From Podarcis vaucheri (taxonomy: Eukaryota): a stretch of DNA of 64,000 nucleotides. Location of the stretch: NCBI GenBank assembly GCA_965113315.1, contig OZ220370.1. The stretch is one strand, 5' to 3'. Below are positions 24,901-36,818 of the stretch, one piece after another (the first letter of the stretch is position 1; the number at the start of each line of letters is the position of its first letter). The position numbers and the translations under genes are program-made. Under the pieces are notes generated by a model. That model was given only the letters and a program-made list of their open reading frames with translations. It was not told the origin of the DNA and ran no database searches.

Positions 24901-27032
24901 GTGGGGAGGAGCCAGTTGGGAAATAATTCTCATTTTCAGAGCTTTTTTTAGTGACCCTCCGTTAAGTTAGAAGGGGAATGTCTAGGTTTTGTAACTTTCC
25001 GGCATTGGGCTTCTTTCTTTTACAGAAAACACCTCAGGCTGCCTTTGGGAACAAAATTAATATTTTTGTTTGCATTTAGAAACAAAATAGAATATAGCAG
25101 CACTCCTAGTGCTTCCCAGAGAGGCATTCTATGATCTGATTTGCAGATGTGCTTCTGAGCAGATTGTGCCTTTTTCCTTTTCATAGAGGAAATCTTCCCA
25201 TTGACCGTTCATAAGGATAAACCTTCCATGTAAACGCCAAGAGTCCTGCTAGATCAGACTGTCTGGCGGGACAATGGAGTGCGCCTCTGGGGATGAAGTC
25301 AAACCACTGCACTACCAGTACCAAAGTGACCTTCCCGGGGTGCAAGCCTAGGCAGTGTGTCTGGAGGTCCTAGGCTGCCCAAATGATAAGACCCCCCTCT
25401 CGGCATCACTGATGTGGTCCAAAGGAAAGCAGAGCAAGATATTTGACATCTGCACCATCTAAGGGGCTCCACTCTGGATTTGTGTAGGGTTTACTCCTGA
25501 GCCTTTTCTGTTGGAAGTGCCGGGGGGGGGGGGGAGCGCAGCCCTGGACGTTCATAGCCCTTCAGTCCCGGTGCGCAGCAGCGACACATATCTGAAAATA
25601 CGCGCACACTCAAACAGCAGAGTAAAGCTGGAAGCTGAGGCGATGAGGTGTGACATCTAAGTTATATTTATTAAGCAATATATTCAGGACAAAGCAATCG
25701 TGGCGTCCTCTCACATCTTCTCCAAGAGAGAGTAAATAGTACAAATGTACAATCCAACAGAAGAGATAGGACTGGCTTCCGTTCCCACACTTTCCAATAA
25801 TGGAATGTAAACACAGACATGTAACAATCACACATCCAGCAACAGGAGAATGAAAATGCTGACATCCTCCCCCTGGTAACCATTGCTGCATTAACACAGC
25901 CATACACAATCTAACCCAGTGGTTTAGGATCAGCGTCTTCCTTCTAGATGGCCTACCTTCCCTGGTTGATAAGCCTCATCTGCCCCTTACTTCCCTCTGC
26001 TGCACATGCAGAAACCACCTGCTTAAACATTTGATCCCACTATTGGTCTCTTCCGCTCAACCTGCCGAAGTCTGCCTTCTTCGCATACAGGGTCAAACTA
26101 AATGCCCATCAAATTCAGCATCCTGTTTCCCACAGAGGCTGATCATTCCCATAAGGGAATGAAGGAAATAGCCCTCTCCCATCATTGCTCCCTGAAACAG
26201 TAACAAGTTGCACCTGAACCTGTAATTGTCATACAGCTATCATTGTAACACATGTACTGAGGCATGGATAAAGTTACCCATGTAAACCTGTCAACACCCT
26301 GTCATGTTCAAATGCGCTTAGCATGCAAGTCAACATTACCTGTAGCATGCTGCCACAGTGCAAAGTGTGTTTAAAATGTGACAGGGCATGAGTGACGTGC
26401 TGCTACACAGGAGCATTTTAGCTGTAACTCACATCCAACGTGTTTTATCCACAGCAAGGAGTCTACAAATAGGGCAAGACCTGTTTAGATATCATTGGCC
26501 AAGTCCAAAGAGATAGCATGGTGACCTGTCTCCCATCCCACCCCAGCCCTGTATCACAAGCAGGTTTTAAAATTTGATTTTAATATGCCTTCTGTGACTT
26601 GAGATGGGTTGCAATGCATGGGCAAGAAATATATAAACACCCCACATGTACGCATATCTCAATTTCTTTCTTTCAGTAGGTTTTGTTACTGGCCCCTCTA
26701 CATGTTACAATATGATACTACTATATGCTTTAATATACGTAAGTCCAAGAGATTTTTACCTCTGAGATTCCAACACAGCTTTATGAATAAGGTTTTAATA
26801 ATAACTAGAGACAGTTGCAACGTTTAAAGAAAGTATTTGTACACTGCATTTTTAGCTTTTCAAAACACTTCAGTTTTATCTATAAAATAATTCCAATTCA
26901 TTTCAACATTGTTACATGATTAACAGAAAATTCCTAGGATTTTAACCATTGCTGAAAAAATCCCAACAACCCCATTCCAAATTTGAGCCACCAATCTGTA
27001 GGTTCTCTTCAGTCAGTAATCAGTATTACTTC

Positions 27033-27141
27033 TTATGAAACGGGTCTTCTAGAATTATAAACTTTAAGTCCATTCTGCACTGAAGAACGAGCATATTTTG
27101 TCAGCAATGTACCAATCGTTTGCTTCTCTGAACATAAGTCC
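27033..27141 (-). CDS. DSCC1: DSCC1 coding exon 9 (last, includes TAA)
   Basis: DLCSEKQTIGTLLTKYARSSVQNGLKVYNSRRPVS*; CAG acceptor. Confidence 0.95.
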
Positions 27142-27521
27142 CTGAAAAAGAGAATACAAGCACTATTAATGCAACTTCAAAGACCACACAGAAGGACCAT
27201 TTGCTTCAGTTACTTTTAAAACACTCCAAATCAAATTATGGATTTATCCCTAGTATTACAGTGCATCATATCAAATGCCACACACTCTGGATTGAAGAAC
27301 AGCAGTGGAAACAAAGAACAAAGTAACAGGGAAAGGTGCAGAAGGAAATGAGAAAGTTCGGTTGTGAACAGCTTTGAAAGCAATGAGACTTAAGTTTATG
27401 CTGCAAAAAGTGAAGTCATTCCATTAAAGGATAGGAAGATGTTCATGGTGAATTGTGCCCTGTGAAACAAAAAATGAGGTATGTTTGTGATTCTGTAACA
27501 TTCAGTATTTTTATTACTTAC

Positions 27522-27670
27522 TGTATATATGGAGCTATATCAGCTTCTGTCCATTTCTCCCTACTAGCGAATAAACTGTTAAATCTTTCCTGGTTATCTT
27601 CTGGTAAGTCTTCAACATTTAGCAAGGAAATGGTTTCTGGTCTGGAGGATTTGTCCACAAGAGCCAAACC
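27522..27670 (-). CDS. DSCC1: DSCC1 coding exon 8
   Basis: GLALVDKSSRPETISLLNVEDLPEDNQERFNSLFASREKWTEADIAPYI; AAG/GTAAG. Confidence 0.95.
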
Positions 27671-27936
27671 CTTGAAAAGAAGAAGATATAGAAAACAGAA
27701 TCATTGCATTTTGTCCTGCTCTTACTTTGAAGAGCTCAGGGTTGGTGGACCCAGCCCTCACCTTCCCTCATCCTCACAAAAACCATAAAAGGTGGGTTTT
27801 GAACTCTGGCCTGATCCACTCAAACACAGTGAGTCTCCTCCTGCAGAGCAGTTCCATTTTCTCCTGCCTTGAGAGCACCAGTTCTACACCTGACACACGC
27901 CGTTTCCATGGATGTGAATTGCTGGCTTTATTTTAC

Positions 27937-28091
27937 CTTTAACTGGTCCTGTCTAGTCGTCATTCCTTCAGGGACGCTCTGCTGCCATACTTCTTGGAAT
28001 TCTGCAAGACTGAATTTGACTGCGTTTTGTAAGAGCATCTGTGCTGTTGCTCTGCATATCTTCTCTTCATTCATTTCAAAGTAAGTCTCGC
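27937..28091 (-). CDS. DSCC1: DSCC1 coding exon 7
   Basis: ETYFEMNEEKICRATAQMLLQNAVKFSLAEFQEVWQQSVPEGMTTRQDQLK; TAG/GTAAA. Confidence 0.95.
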
Positions 28092-28761
28092 CTAGGAATG
28101 AGTATTAAGAACACAAGAAATTATGGGTGGTAGTCAACTAATTTTTACTCACAGCAGACCCACTTAAATAAATGAACATGATTAAATTAGGTTCATTAAT
28201 TTCAGTGGGTCCACTCTCAGTAAAACATAATTAAATACCATCCTTTATCTGAGTTCTTAAATAAAAACCCAGTCACTTTAAAATTATGCAGTTTGGGCAA
28301 ATTTGGATATATCGTAAGTGTGCCCTAACAATGTATATTCACCAGGGAGTATGCTGTCAGTTTTAGAATAAAATGACTCTACAAGTTAGGGACCCAACCA
28401 CTGCCACTCTCCTTCTCCCTCATCCTATGCCCTTTTCTCCTTCACTGAGGCTTGGCTGCAAGCAAAGCATGTGGCACAAACCTGGATTTAAACTGGATGA
28501 TACAATGACCTACGTAGTGTGCATGAGAAGGTTTAAACTTCTAGGCAATAATTTTAGATTTGCATAACAGCAACTGTGTTTCACAGCATAGGTATAAACA
28601 AACAGGTTGTCTCTATTACAGCTAATTTGGCACCAATGCTTCCGCTACTCACATTTGACCAGATACACTGTCTTTACTTTTGTCAACCCCTGTCTACAAC
28701 TATTTAATCAGGTGCTTTAACATTATTACTTAAAAAAAATGCACTCATGGAACTAACTTAC

Positions 28762-28814
28762 CTTCATCAATGTATCTCTTTCCATAACTCACAAGAATGT
28801 GTTCTATCATTTCC
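28762..28814 (-). CDS. DSCC1: DSCC1 coding exon 6
   Basis: EMIEHILVSYGKRYIDE; CAG/GTAAG; phases fit neighbouring exons. Confidence 0.92.
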
Positions 28815-29111
28815 CTGAAACAAATGTTTTGTCTACTTTTAGTATATGAACAAAAATTATATTACCATATGTTACAGAATTTGGCCATCTCAATTGATCC
28901 TCATATTTCTTCAGGTTTGAAGAAAAAAAACACACCTGTACTTAAATTTGTAAATAGCAACTGGGTTTTCCCCATTCTCCTACTGTTTGCCAGAAACTGT
29001 GCCTGTATTCCATTCGTTATGATGCCAATGGGAACTCTTTTTGTCTGTTTGGGGATCATAGCTGCATAATTGGGGATAGGGTTAAGCATCCCCATGTGTT
29101 GATGTTCCACT

Positions 29112-29331
29112 TATAGCTGTCAACCTTCCCTTTTTTTGCAGGAAATTCCCTTATTCCAGTGCCGTTTCCCGCTGCTATCCCGGATTGTTAGATATTCCGT
29201 AGACTGTCCCCGGGACAGGTGAGGCTGCTGATCCTTTATTTTTGAGGATCCCTGGGACAGCTGAGGCTGCTGATCCCTTATTTTTGAGGCTGCTGATCCC
29301 TTATTTTCAAATCTGAAAGTTGACAGCAATG
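29112..29331. mobile_element. hAT MITE
   Basis: TIR (C/T)ATAGCTGTCAAC; 8-bp TSD GTTCCACT (29104-29111, 29332-29339). Confidence 0.9.
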
Positions 29332-29536
29332 GTTCCACTGAACATCCCCTCCAGCACCTGTTGATATTTTATGTATCTGAAGTGGTCCAGAGGATGGAGC
29401 TGTTATAACCAACAGAACAAGAGCATCTTCGGAACGAAAACTGGGGGTGAGGGTGGACCCTTCTATTCTGGACTAAAATGCTGGACTAAAATTCTGGACC
29501 TTACATTTTTAAGCAAGGGCTAACAAAAGAACTTAC

Positions 29537-29675
29537 TTGGGCTCTAAAGGTCCAAGTTCTTGAAGACATATGCTTAAAGGGACCTTGCTGAATGGCCAGG
29601 ACTCTGTATATATCAATTGCGTCACATGATTCAACAATTTCATCTCATAATCAAAGTCTAGAATCCGCCAACAAC
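29537..29675 (-). CDS. DSCC1: DSCC1 coding exon 5
   Basis: CWRILDFDYEMKLLNHVTQLIYTESWPFSKVPLSICLQELGPLEP; CAG/GTAAG. Confidence 0.95.
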
Positions 29676-30384
29676 CTGCCAAGCAGAGAAGCAAGGTCAT
29701 AATCAAAAACCAGCAGAAATGGTAAAACTTATTCTATGGAAAGTAGACTATGATCTTCCACATCTTTTTAAACAAGAGGCACTTGTCACATGCTAGCCAA
29801 GTACCCATTGTTATGATACCGGGGACAATTCATACACAGCAGATTTGTTTCGCATAGTTGTCCAAAAAAAGGTTCTCTTCTATGCACACGCACACACACA
29901 CACGTGCTCCTCTACATGCACACCCAAATGGTGTTCAAGATTACAGCCTGTTACTTTGTCTCATAGAACTCAATGGGAGCCCCTGAAAATGGAACCCAAT
30001 CTTATCTGCACAGCCTCTGTCCTGAAAAATGGAGTGCCACACAAACAGAGCACAAAAATTGGCTTTTAATAAAAACTGAGGAAAGTAGGCTAGAGTAGGA
30101 ATAAGAAGATGCTGTGCTACTTTTCTGGAAAAGAGAGCTTCCTACAGTCACCATAGCCACCGTGGTCAGTCAAAATAAGATACGCCCATAAGTATCCATC
30201 AAAATCCTTGCAAGTAATTTTAATCCACTCCTTTTCATGTTACAATACAGTAGAATCAAGTAAATCAACCTTTAAAGCTCAGAAACCTTTAGATAAGAAG
30301 GAATTCTAAGAGACAGGGAGAAAACAATGCAAATAGACCCCCCCCCCACATTAAAAATATGAGCTCCAGATTGTCTCCAAATAC

Positions 30385-30475
30385 CTTCAATTTGGCATGC
30401 TTTTAGAACCTTCAGTTGATCCATTATTTCTTCCTCACTTGCTTGGACTTGATCTAGTAACTCTTCTGTTGTGTA
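30385..30475 (-). CDS. DSCC1: DSCC1 coding exon 4
   Basis: YTTEELLDQVQASEEEIMDQLKVLKACQIE; CAG/GTATT. Confidence 0.95.
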
Positions 30476-31487
30476 CTGTAAAAGACACACAAAAGTATTA
30501 AGCCAATATTTATTCTCATACTAGACTTTATGACTATCTGTCTGTAAGGGTTATAGCCAATGAATTTATACTGTTAGCATGCAATGGGACTTCTTCTCCT
30601 CTCCTGTGACCACCCCCTTCTCTTTTGTTAGGTTGGGGAAACCCCAGAACATATTGAGAGGGATGTGGGGAAGGTGAAAGTACTTGCACTAATGGGACAA
30701 CTACATTTCCTTGGATACAACCCTGAATCTCCATTGACATTGATAATGCTACATCCCACAGTGGGAACGGGGTGTAGGAAAGAGAGATAATGTATATTAC
30801 TCTCAAACTGGACAAGCATACACTGCACCAATCCCAAGTGCTTGCAGCATACAAGTCCTATCTCAGCACATGCCTCACTTATCATAATGACAGATACTTA
30901 AGTAACAATGTCAAAAAGAGGAAACGGAAAAAAACCCATCAACTTATTTTTAAGATTTGTGAAGTAATTCAAACTCTTCAAAATATAATTTTTCTGACCA
31001 CCTTAATTGTTTTGAATTATGTGTTAAATAGAAGTAGATTCCCATCTTCTTGAACACGATATCCACTAATCTATTGGTTATAGAGAAGCCAAAAGGAATG
31101 AACCTTCTGGTACTCTTGGAGCTAGCTTTATGTTTTGAAACATAAGCCTTTGATAACTAGCATTGGGTAACAGAGAAGGTGAAACAGAAGATTCAAAGTT
31201 CATCTCTGCTGTGAGCTTGTTAGGTGACCTTAGCCAAGTCTCTCTCTCTCCCTTCCTATTCAGCTCACTTCCACCAACAGGGAGAGAATAATACACACTT
31301 TTACCTTACAGGATTGGTGTAAGGTAGGGCAGTGTTTAATATCACTTGATATTCACCAGTTACACTCATTACCTTGCAATCAATTAATAGCTTCATTTCT
31401 ATTCTTTTACAAGAGCAAACTAAACTATGCATTTTTTAAAAGCTGATGCCCAAGAAGCTTTTCCACCAACTCCTCTCTCGTGTTTAC

Positions 31488-31622
31488 CTTTGATTTAGTC
31501 GAACTTCTCTCATTTTCACTGTCTGGTCCTTCATAAGGATTTTCCATCAGAAGTTTCTTGAGTTTCTTTAACTTAGGTCGGCATCTTCTTAGTTCCCAGT
31601 AATTATTGGAGAAGCCTGCAAT
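31488..31622 (-). CDS. DSCC1: DSCC1 coding exon 3
   Basis: IAGFSNNYWELRRCRPKLKKLKKLLMENPYEGPDSENERSSTKSK; TAG/GTAAA. Confidence 0.95.
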
Positions 31623-32594
31623 CTATAGCAATAGCCTTAATTGGAATTTGCCATGACTAATATTTAAATCTGTCAGTCGCAGACAGAGGTCCCCTGATCA
31701 GCATCAGACCTTGTAATGAAAATATCAGGATGCCCCTCTGTTTGGCATATTAGATGCTCCTTCGGAGGGCACCTTTCCAGTTTCCAACGGAAGGTAGCCA
31801 TTGAGGTGGTGAGAAGAAGAATGAATGCAAAAAGGAGAAACGTGTCCCCAAAAGCAACAACTAAGAAAATTTATAAGCTCAATGTGTTGCAGAACACAAG
31901 TTCCATCTGTGGGAGCAATCTTAAAACTTCAAAATGTCGTAGAACAGCTAAAGCTGCTTGCACAAACATTGCTGCCTAGCGGGTACTGTAGGGAAGACCC
32001 TTTTTGCAGAACCCATTTCTCCTTTTTGCATTATTTATGGTTCCGTGCCTCCTTCCTGTTCTTTTTGCATTTGGGAGGTGGCCAATGAAAGACAAATAGG
32101 ACTTGCCCTATGAATGTGCAGCGCCACAAAAACTCCTGTATCTGCTTCATGGTCTTGCAACTTTCAAATAGGAAAAGAATTCATGCTAGTGTTCTGTCAC
32201 ATACACTTTTTCTTTAAGAAAAGTAAGACTCTTATAAATCATGCAGCTAGAAATTGGGGGGGGGATAATGCTATGTATGGCACCTGGGTCATCCAACCAC
32301 CAATACCAGCCCTGTGTTCTAATTCCTGTTCAGCCATTAACTTTTTTATGTTATCTTGGATCAATCCTCCTTATTCCGCTAACCCAAATCATAGAATTGC
32401 ACTAAGCATAAGACAGGACCACCCCTTATAAACCACTTTGAATGCCAGGGAAGGAAGGAGGGATATAAATGTGATAGGTTTTTTAAAAAGAGTATATAAA
32501 TGGGAGTGGGTTAGAACCTGCATTTCAAAGATAGTTAGCCACTTGCAGTTGGATTCAGAAAAGTCTCTCTCTCTCTCACTCACACACAAAATAC

Positions 32595-32763
32595 CTGAGT
32601 GTAAAGTATATTAGAAGCTGTCTTGTTTATACCAAGCTGCTCTGGAGTTTCACAGCCAGGTATGAAAAGCAATGTATTAGAGGTATCCGCTATTTTCATG
32701 TCATAGGTTTTATCTTTACTGCATAACACAGCATGTTCATCACGGTCTCCACGGATCACCAGG
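32595..32763 (-). CDS. DSCC1: DSCC1 coding exon 2
   Basis: LVIRGDRDEHAVLCSKDKTYDMKIADTSNTLLFIPGC...ILYTQ; CAG/GTATT. Confidence 0.95.
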
Positions 32764-32879
32764 CTGCAAAACAAGACAATTAAATACAGAGTCACTGCAG
32801 CAATGGTTTGTTTGGGTTTTTAAAGCAGCATTTACTTCTGAATAGCAGGCAAACTTTTGAAATAATGAATGGATGCTAG

Positions 32880-35249
32880 CATAGGCGCCGACTCCATGGG
32901 GCTTGAGGGGGCCCAAGCCCCCTCAAAAATTTTATTGGGGGGGCAGAGCCCCCCCCAATAATCTCGGGCGCCCCTCCAGCAGAGCGCCGCCGCCGCGCTG
33001 GCTCTGCCTGTCGACGCTTGGCGCGTCCGCGGCTTTTATAGGGCGCCCGGCGCGCACCAGCTCGATAACGGGCACCGGCGCGGCAGGGGGCGCCAGGCCG
33101 GGGGCGGGGGGCGGCCGGCCTGTCTCCTTGGCGACCCCATTGAGCAGCGCCGGCTCCCCCGGGAGGGCCATCCCCCCGCGCCACCGATCGCCAACACCGC
33201 CGACGCTGTGGCTGCCGGAGCCCGAGCCAAAGCCCGAGCCAGAGCCCGTCAGTCAGTCAGTCAGTCAGTCAGGAGAGAGAGAAATGGGGAGGGAGACGAG
33301 GGAGGAAAATTGCACGCAGGGTGAAGAAAGGAGAAGGGCGAACGAGACAGCTTCCAACCCAAAAAAGGGCTGGATGACTCGGAGGATGAAGGATCGGGAA
33401 AGAAAGCGACGCCTTCCCCGCCCGCGACGTCGCCCACTTGTCATTGGCAGCGCAGCGGGCGCCCAGAGGGGCTGGGCACCGGCGCAGGGCCGCTCCGCAG
33501 CCGCGGAGGACAGCTGCGCGGCTAGCAAGGTGCGCCGCATAGAGCGCGGCCCTTGTGTGGCCCGGTGGCCAGGCAAGCTCGGGCGGGGACCCCCATGCGA
33601 ATCTAAGACGGGAGAAGAGGGCAGAGCAAAGGGGGTCCCTTCCCCAACCTCTGGCTCTGAGACTTCCCTGCGCCCCAGAAAAGCGAAAGGATTTTCTCTC
33701 TCTTTTTTTTTTAATAAATATTTTATTAAGTTTTCAAATACAAAGTTAGAAACATACACTGAAGAAAAAAGTAAAAGAACAAGAAAAAGAAAAAGAAGAA
33801 AAGTAAACCAACCATTCAACACATTTTTTATACAGCTAACTGGACTTCCTCGCATCTCCCTTACCCTGCATTCTTTATAATACAGATATCAGCAAATTAT
33901 TACCTTGTTTCGTACCTTATTTTGTACTTTTCAAATACTATACCTCTAAATTTAACATACTTTTCATCAGTTACTTATATCTTAAATTAAACATAGTATT
34001 ACCTTAGATTTTGACCTTTTCTTACTTAAAATATAATTTCCTGTTTCCCAAATCTAATTGCTGAAGCTATAGTTTCCGAATCGTGTAAATTTTTAACATT
34101 CATACAACTTATATTGTTTTTGTAAATAGTCCTTAATTTTTTTCCAGTCCTCTTCCATTGTTTCTTCTCCCAAATCTCGGATTCTGCCAGTCATTTCAGC
34201 CAGTTCCATGTAGTCCATCAATTGCGTCTGCCACTCTTCCAGTGTGGGCAAATCTTGTGTCTTCCAATATTTTGCGATAAGTATTCTTGCTGCTGTAGTT
34301 GCATACATAAAGAAAGTTCTATCCTTCTTTAACCCTTTCTGGCCAATAATGCCCAAGAGGAAGGCCTCTGGTTTCTTGGGAAAGGTATACTTAAATACAT
34401 TTTTTAACTCATTATAGATCATTTCCCAGAAGGCCTTCACTTTTGGACAAGTCCACCGGAGGTGAAAGAATGTCCCTTCAGCCTCCTTACATTTCCAACA
34501 TTTATTATCAGACAGGTGATATATTTTTGCAAGCTTGACTGGGGTCATGTACCACCTATAAATCATTTTCATAATATTTTCCTTCAAGGCATTACATGCC
34601 GTGAATTTCATTCTGGTGGTCCATAACCTTTCCCAGTCCTCAAACATGATGTTATACCCAATATCCTGAGCCCATTTTATCATGGCTGATTTGACTGTCT
34701 CATCCTGAGTGATTTTCTCTTCAACCTGCCCTCCATCCTCTTGCGGAAAACTCTTTGCCTGCCCTGCCCGTATCTCGTTTTTGCTTTTTAATTCCACACA
34801 CGCACCCTTCGGACTTCGTGGCAATCGGGCGCGCGGGTGCGTTTCCTAAGAGAGTGAGGACCCCCGCCTCCTCCCCACCTGCTCCCTCGCCAGCCAGCCA
34901 GCCAGCCAGCCAGCCGCGCGCCCTAGCCGGAGAGCCCCGGCCGTCCCCGTCGCGCAATCGGCTGGATCTCCCTTCAGCAGGCCGGGCTCACAACTCGGCC
35001 CAGGGACCCCCCAGCAGCGGATCTCCGGCCCAGCTGAAGAATCCGGCAACAAGCCCCCTCCTCCCCAATCGCTCCGCCGAAATACGCTCCAAAACCCCCC
35101 AGATAGGCCGCTGGCCGCCAAGTCTCGTGGCGCCCTGAGCGAGGGTCTCTCCCCAACACCGCCACCTCGAACTGCGTTCCCCCGGCTACCCGAGCGAACC
35201 AGCGGCAGGTATGGGCCCCCCCAATATTTTTTATAAGTCGACGCCCCTG
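32880..35249. mobile_element. Non-autonomous hAT element with GC-rich cargo, in DSCC1 intron 1
   Basis: TIRs CATAGGCGCCGACT / revcomp CAGGGGCGTCGACT (11/14 match); perfect 8-bp TSD GATGCTAG (32872-32879, 35250-35257). Confidence 0.88.
33700..34710 (-). mobile_element. 5'-truncated L1-like LINE nested in the hAT element
   Basis: Open ORF2 C-terminus with zinc knuckle KCWKC...H...C; poly(A) at about 33703-33712; 10-bp TSD GATTTTCTCT (33690-33699, 34711-34720). Confidence 0.9.
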
Positions 35250-36188
35250 GATGCTAGGTTTCAATTGTTACTAATGTTACTATATATCAGGATGTTATGT
35301 ATAAAAACAGCGAATCTGACTTGCTCAATGTTGAAAACAAACAAGCAAAAAAACCCAGCCAAACTCTAACTTCATTCTCCCCATTTGATTCACAACATTT
35401 GGGCCCTAGTTCAACACATGCTTCACTGTGTTGTTATTATTTTTAACAACCCAGAAGTGCAGACAATAAGGCAGCCCACAAGTCTTTGCTATTTCAGTAC
35501 ACTTTGTTGTGCATACAGACTGTACAAATATGTCCTGCAAGTCTAAGGCTGCACCACTCTGCAACCCACTAAGGTGTAACCAGAAGTATAAATGCTTACA
35601 ATCCTGCATACTGGATGCATCCAACGGAAATCACTAACCATCAGGACTTATTGAAGAGCAATCTGATAAAACATGAATGCATTCCAACCCACAATTTCTA
35701 AATGTTGATCATCCTGCTTTGACATAAAGGCAGGTACGGTAGTTCTCTGTTTTCATCTGTAGTCCAGCCTTGAATCCCACCAGGGGGAAAAGACTGGGTA
35801 AAATTAATGCATAATGATAATAATAAAATAAGTTTAAAATGTTTTTTTTTTAAAAAAAAACTGGCTGTCAGTTAAAGTGGGGCACACTTTCAAAGCGATC
35901 TTTTCAAGCGGTAAATGTTTATTGCTCCAAAATCTGAAAAGCCAGTCATCCTGATTTTGGGGGGGGGGGGGGTCTCCTGGTAAAGAAGGGGCGTCTCTGG
36001 ACTTGTATAAAAACCGAGATGAGCTCTCCCACGTGGGAGCTCCCTAGGGAAATGCTATTAACCCTCCAAGCCGCCTGGGGTCGCTGTAGACTAGAGCCAA
36101 GCCCAACCACAGAGCCGAGTGCTAGAAAGTACCGTTTTACCCGCTCTCTCTCTCTCTCCCCCCCCCCCGGCAGCGTGCGCATGCGTAC

Positions 36189-36361
36189 CTCCGCCCCGCT
36201 TCCAACTCAGCGCAAAGCTCCGGCTCCAGCTGCAAGAGGCGGCACTCCCCGGCGTCCGCCGCCTCGGCGCTGAAGCTGAGGCACTGCGCCGCGGGGAGCA
36301 GCTCCGCCGGGTCCAACTTGGCGACGTGCAGGGTGGCGTCTACTTCCTCGCGGCTCCTCAT
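36189..36361 (-). CDS. DSCC1: DSCC1 coding exon 1
   Basis: MRSREEVDATLHVAKLDPAELLPAAQCLSF...ELEAGR; GTACG donor. The nine exons sum to 1173 nt (390 aa plus stop) with no frameshift. Confidence 0.95.
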
Positions 36362-36379
36362 CCTCGGGGCGGGGGGGGG

Positions 36380-36610
36380 AGCGGCCCGTAACGGAAATAA
36401 CGGCCTCCTCCGACGTCTCCTAGCAACGGCGCGCGGGGGAAAAGAGGCCCGCTCCAGAAGCGCGCCAAAAACCGCTCGGAGTAGGCGGGGCCTGGCACTC
36501 GACGTGTCTGATTGGTAGGTGGGAGGGGGCTTAAAGCTGCAAGGCTGTGATTGGGCGCGAATGTAAAATTTGCTGGCGCTCTTGCGGGTGTACTGAGCGC
36601 GCGGCTTTTA
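36380..36610 (-). promoter_or_regulatory. DSCC1: DSCC1 promoter (E2F/CCAAT/RFX-type cell-cycle promoter)
   Basis: E2F consensus GCGCGCCAAA (36460-36469), RFX X-box-like GTCTCCTAGCAAC (36415-36427), two minus-strand CCAAT boxes (GATTGG near 36510 and 36549), GC boxes. Confidence 0.75.
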
Positions 36611-36818
36611 CTTAAGGGTTGATTCTGTGGTTCTTGTGCATGTTCGGTGAAATAGAAGGTAGGAGGGAGGGAACTTTTTTTTATTTATTTTAATCCCTGT
36701 AAAATTTTAAGCTTCTGTGTTCTCTGTTTAAAAAAATTACTCCTAATCCAGGATTATTTCACTAGTGTTTAGTTGAGATTCCTGCATTGCAGGAGGTTGG
36801 ACTAGGTAACCCCTATGG

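Noticed and set aside
25509-25900. Possible solo LTR starting TGTTGGAAGT with a minus-strand AATAAA
   Set aside because: No matching end with a TSD was found, so it was left unannotated.
32903-33880. 325-aa and overlapping Pro/Arg/Gly-rich ORFs
   Set aside because: Stop-poor GC-rich transposon cargo running into an L1 tail; open in several frames and no recognisable protein.
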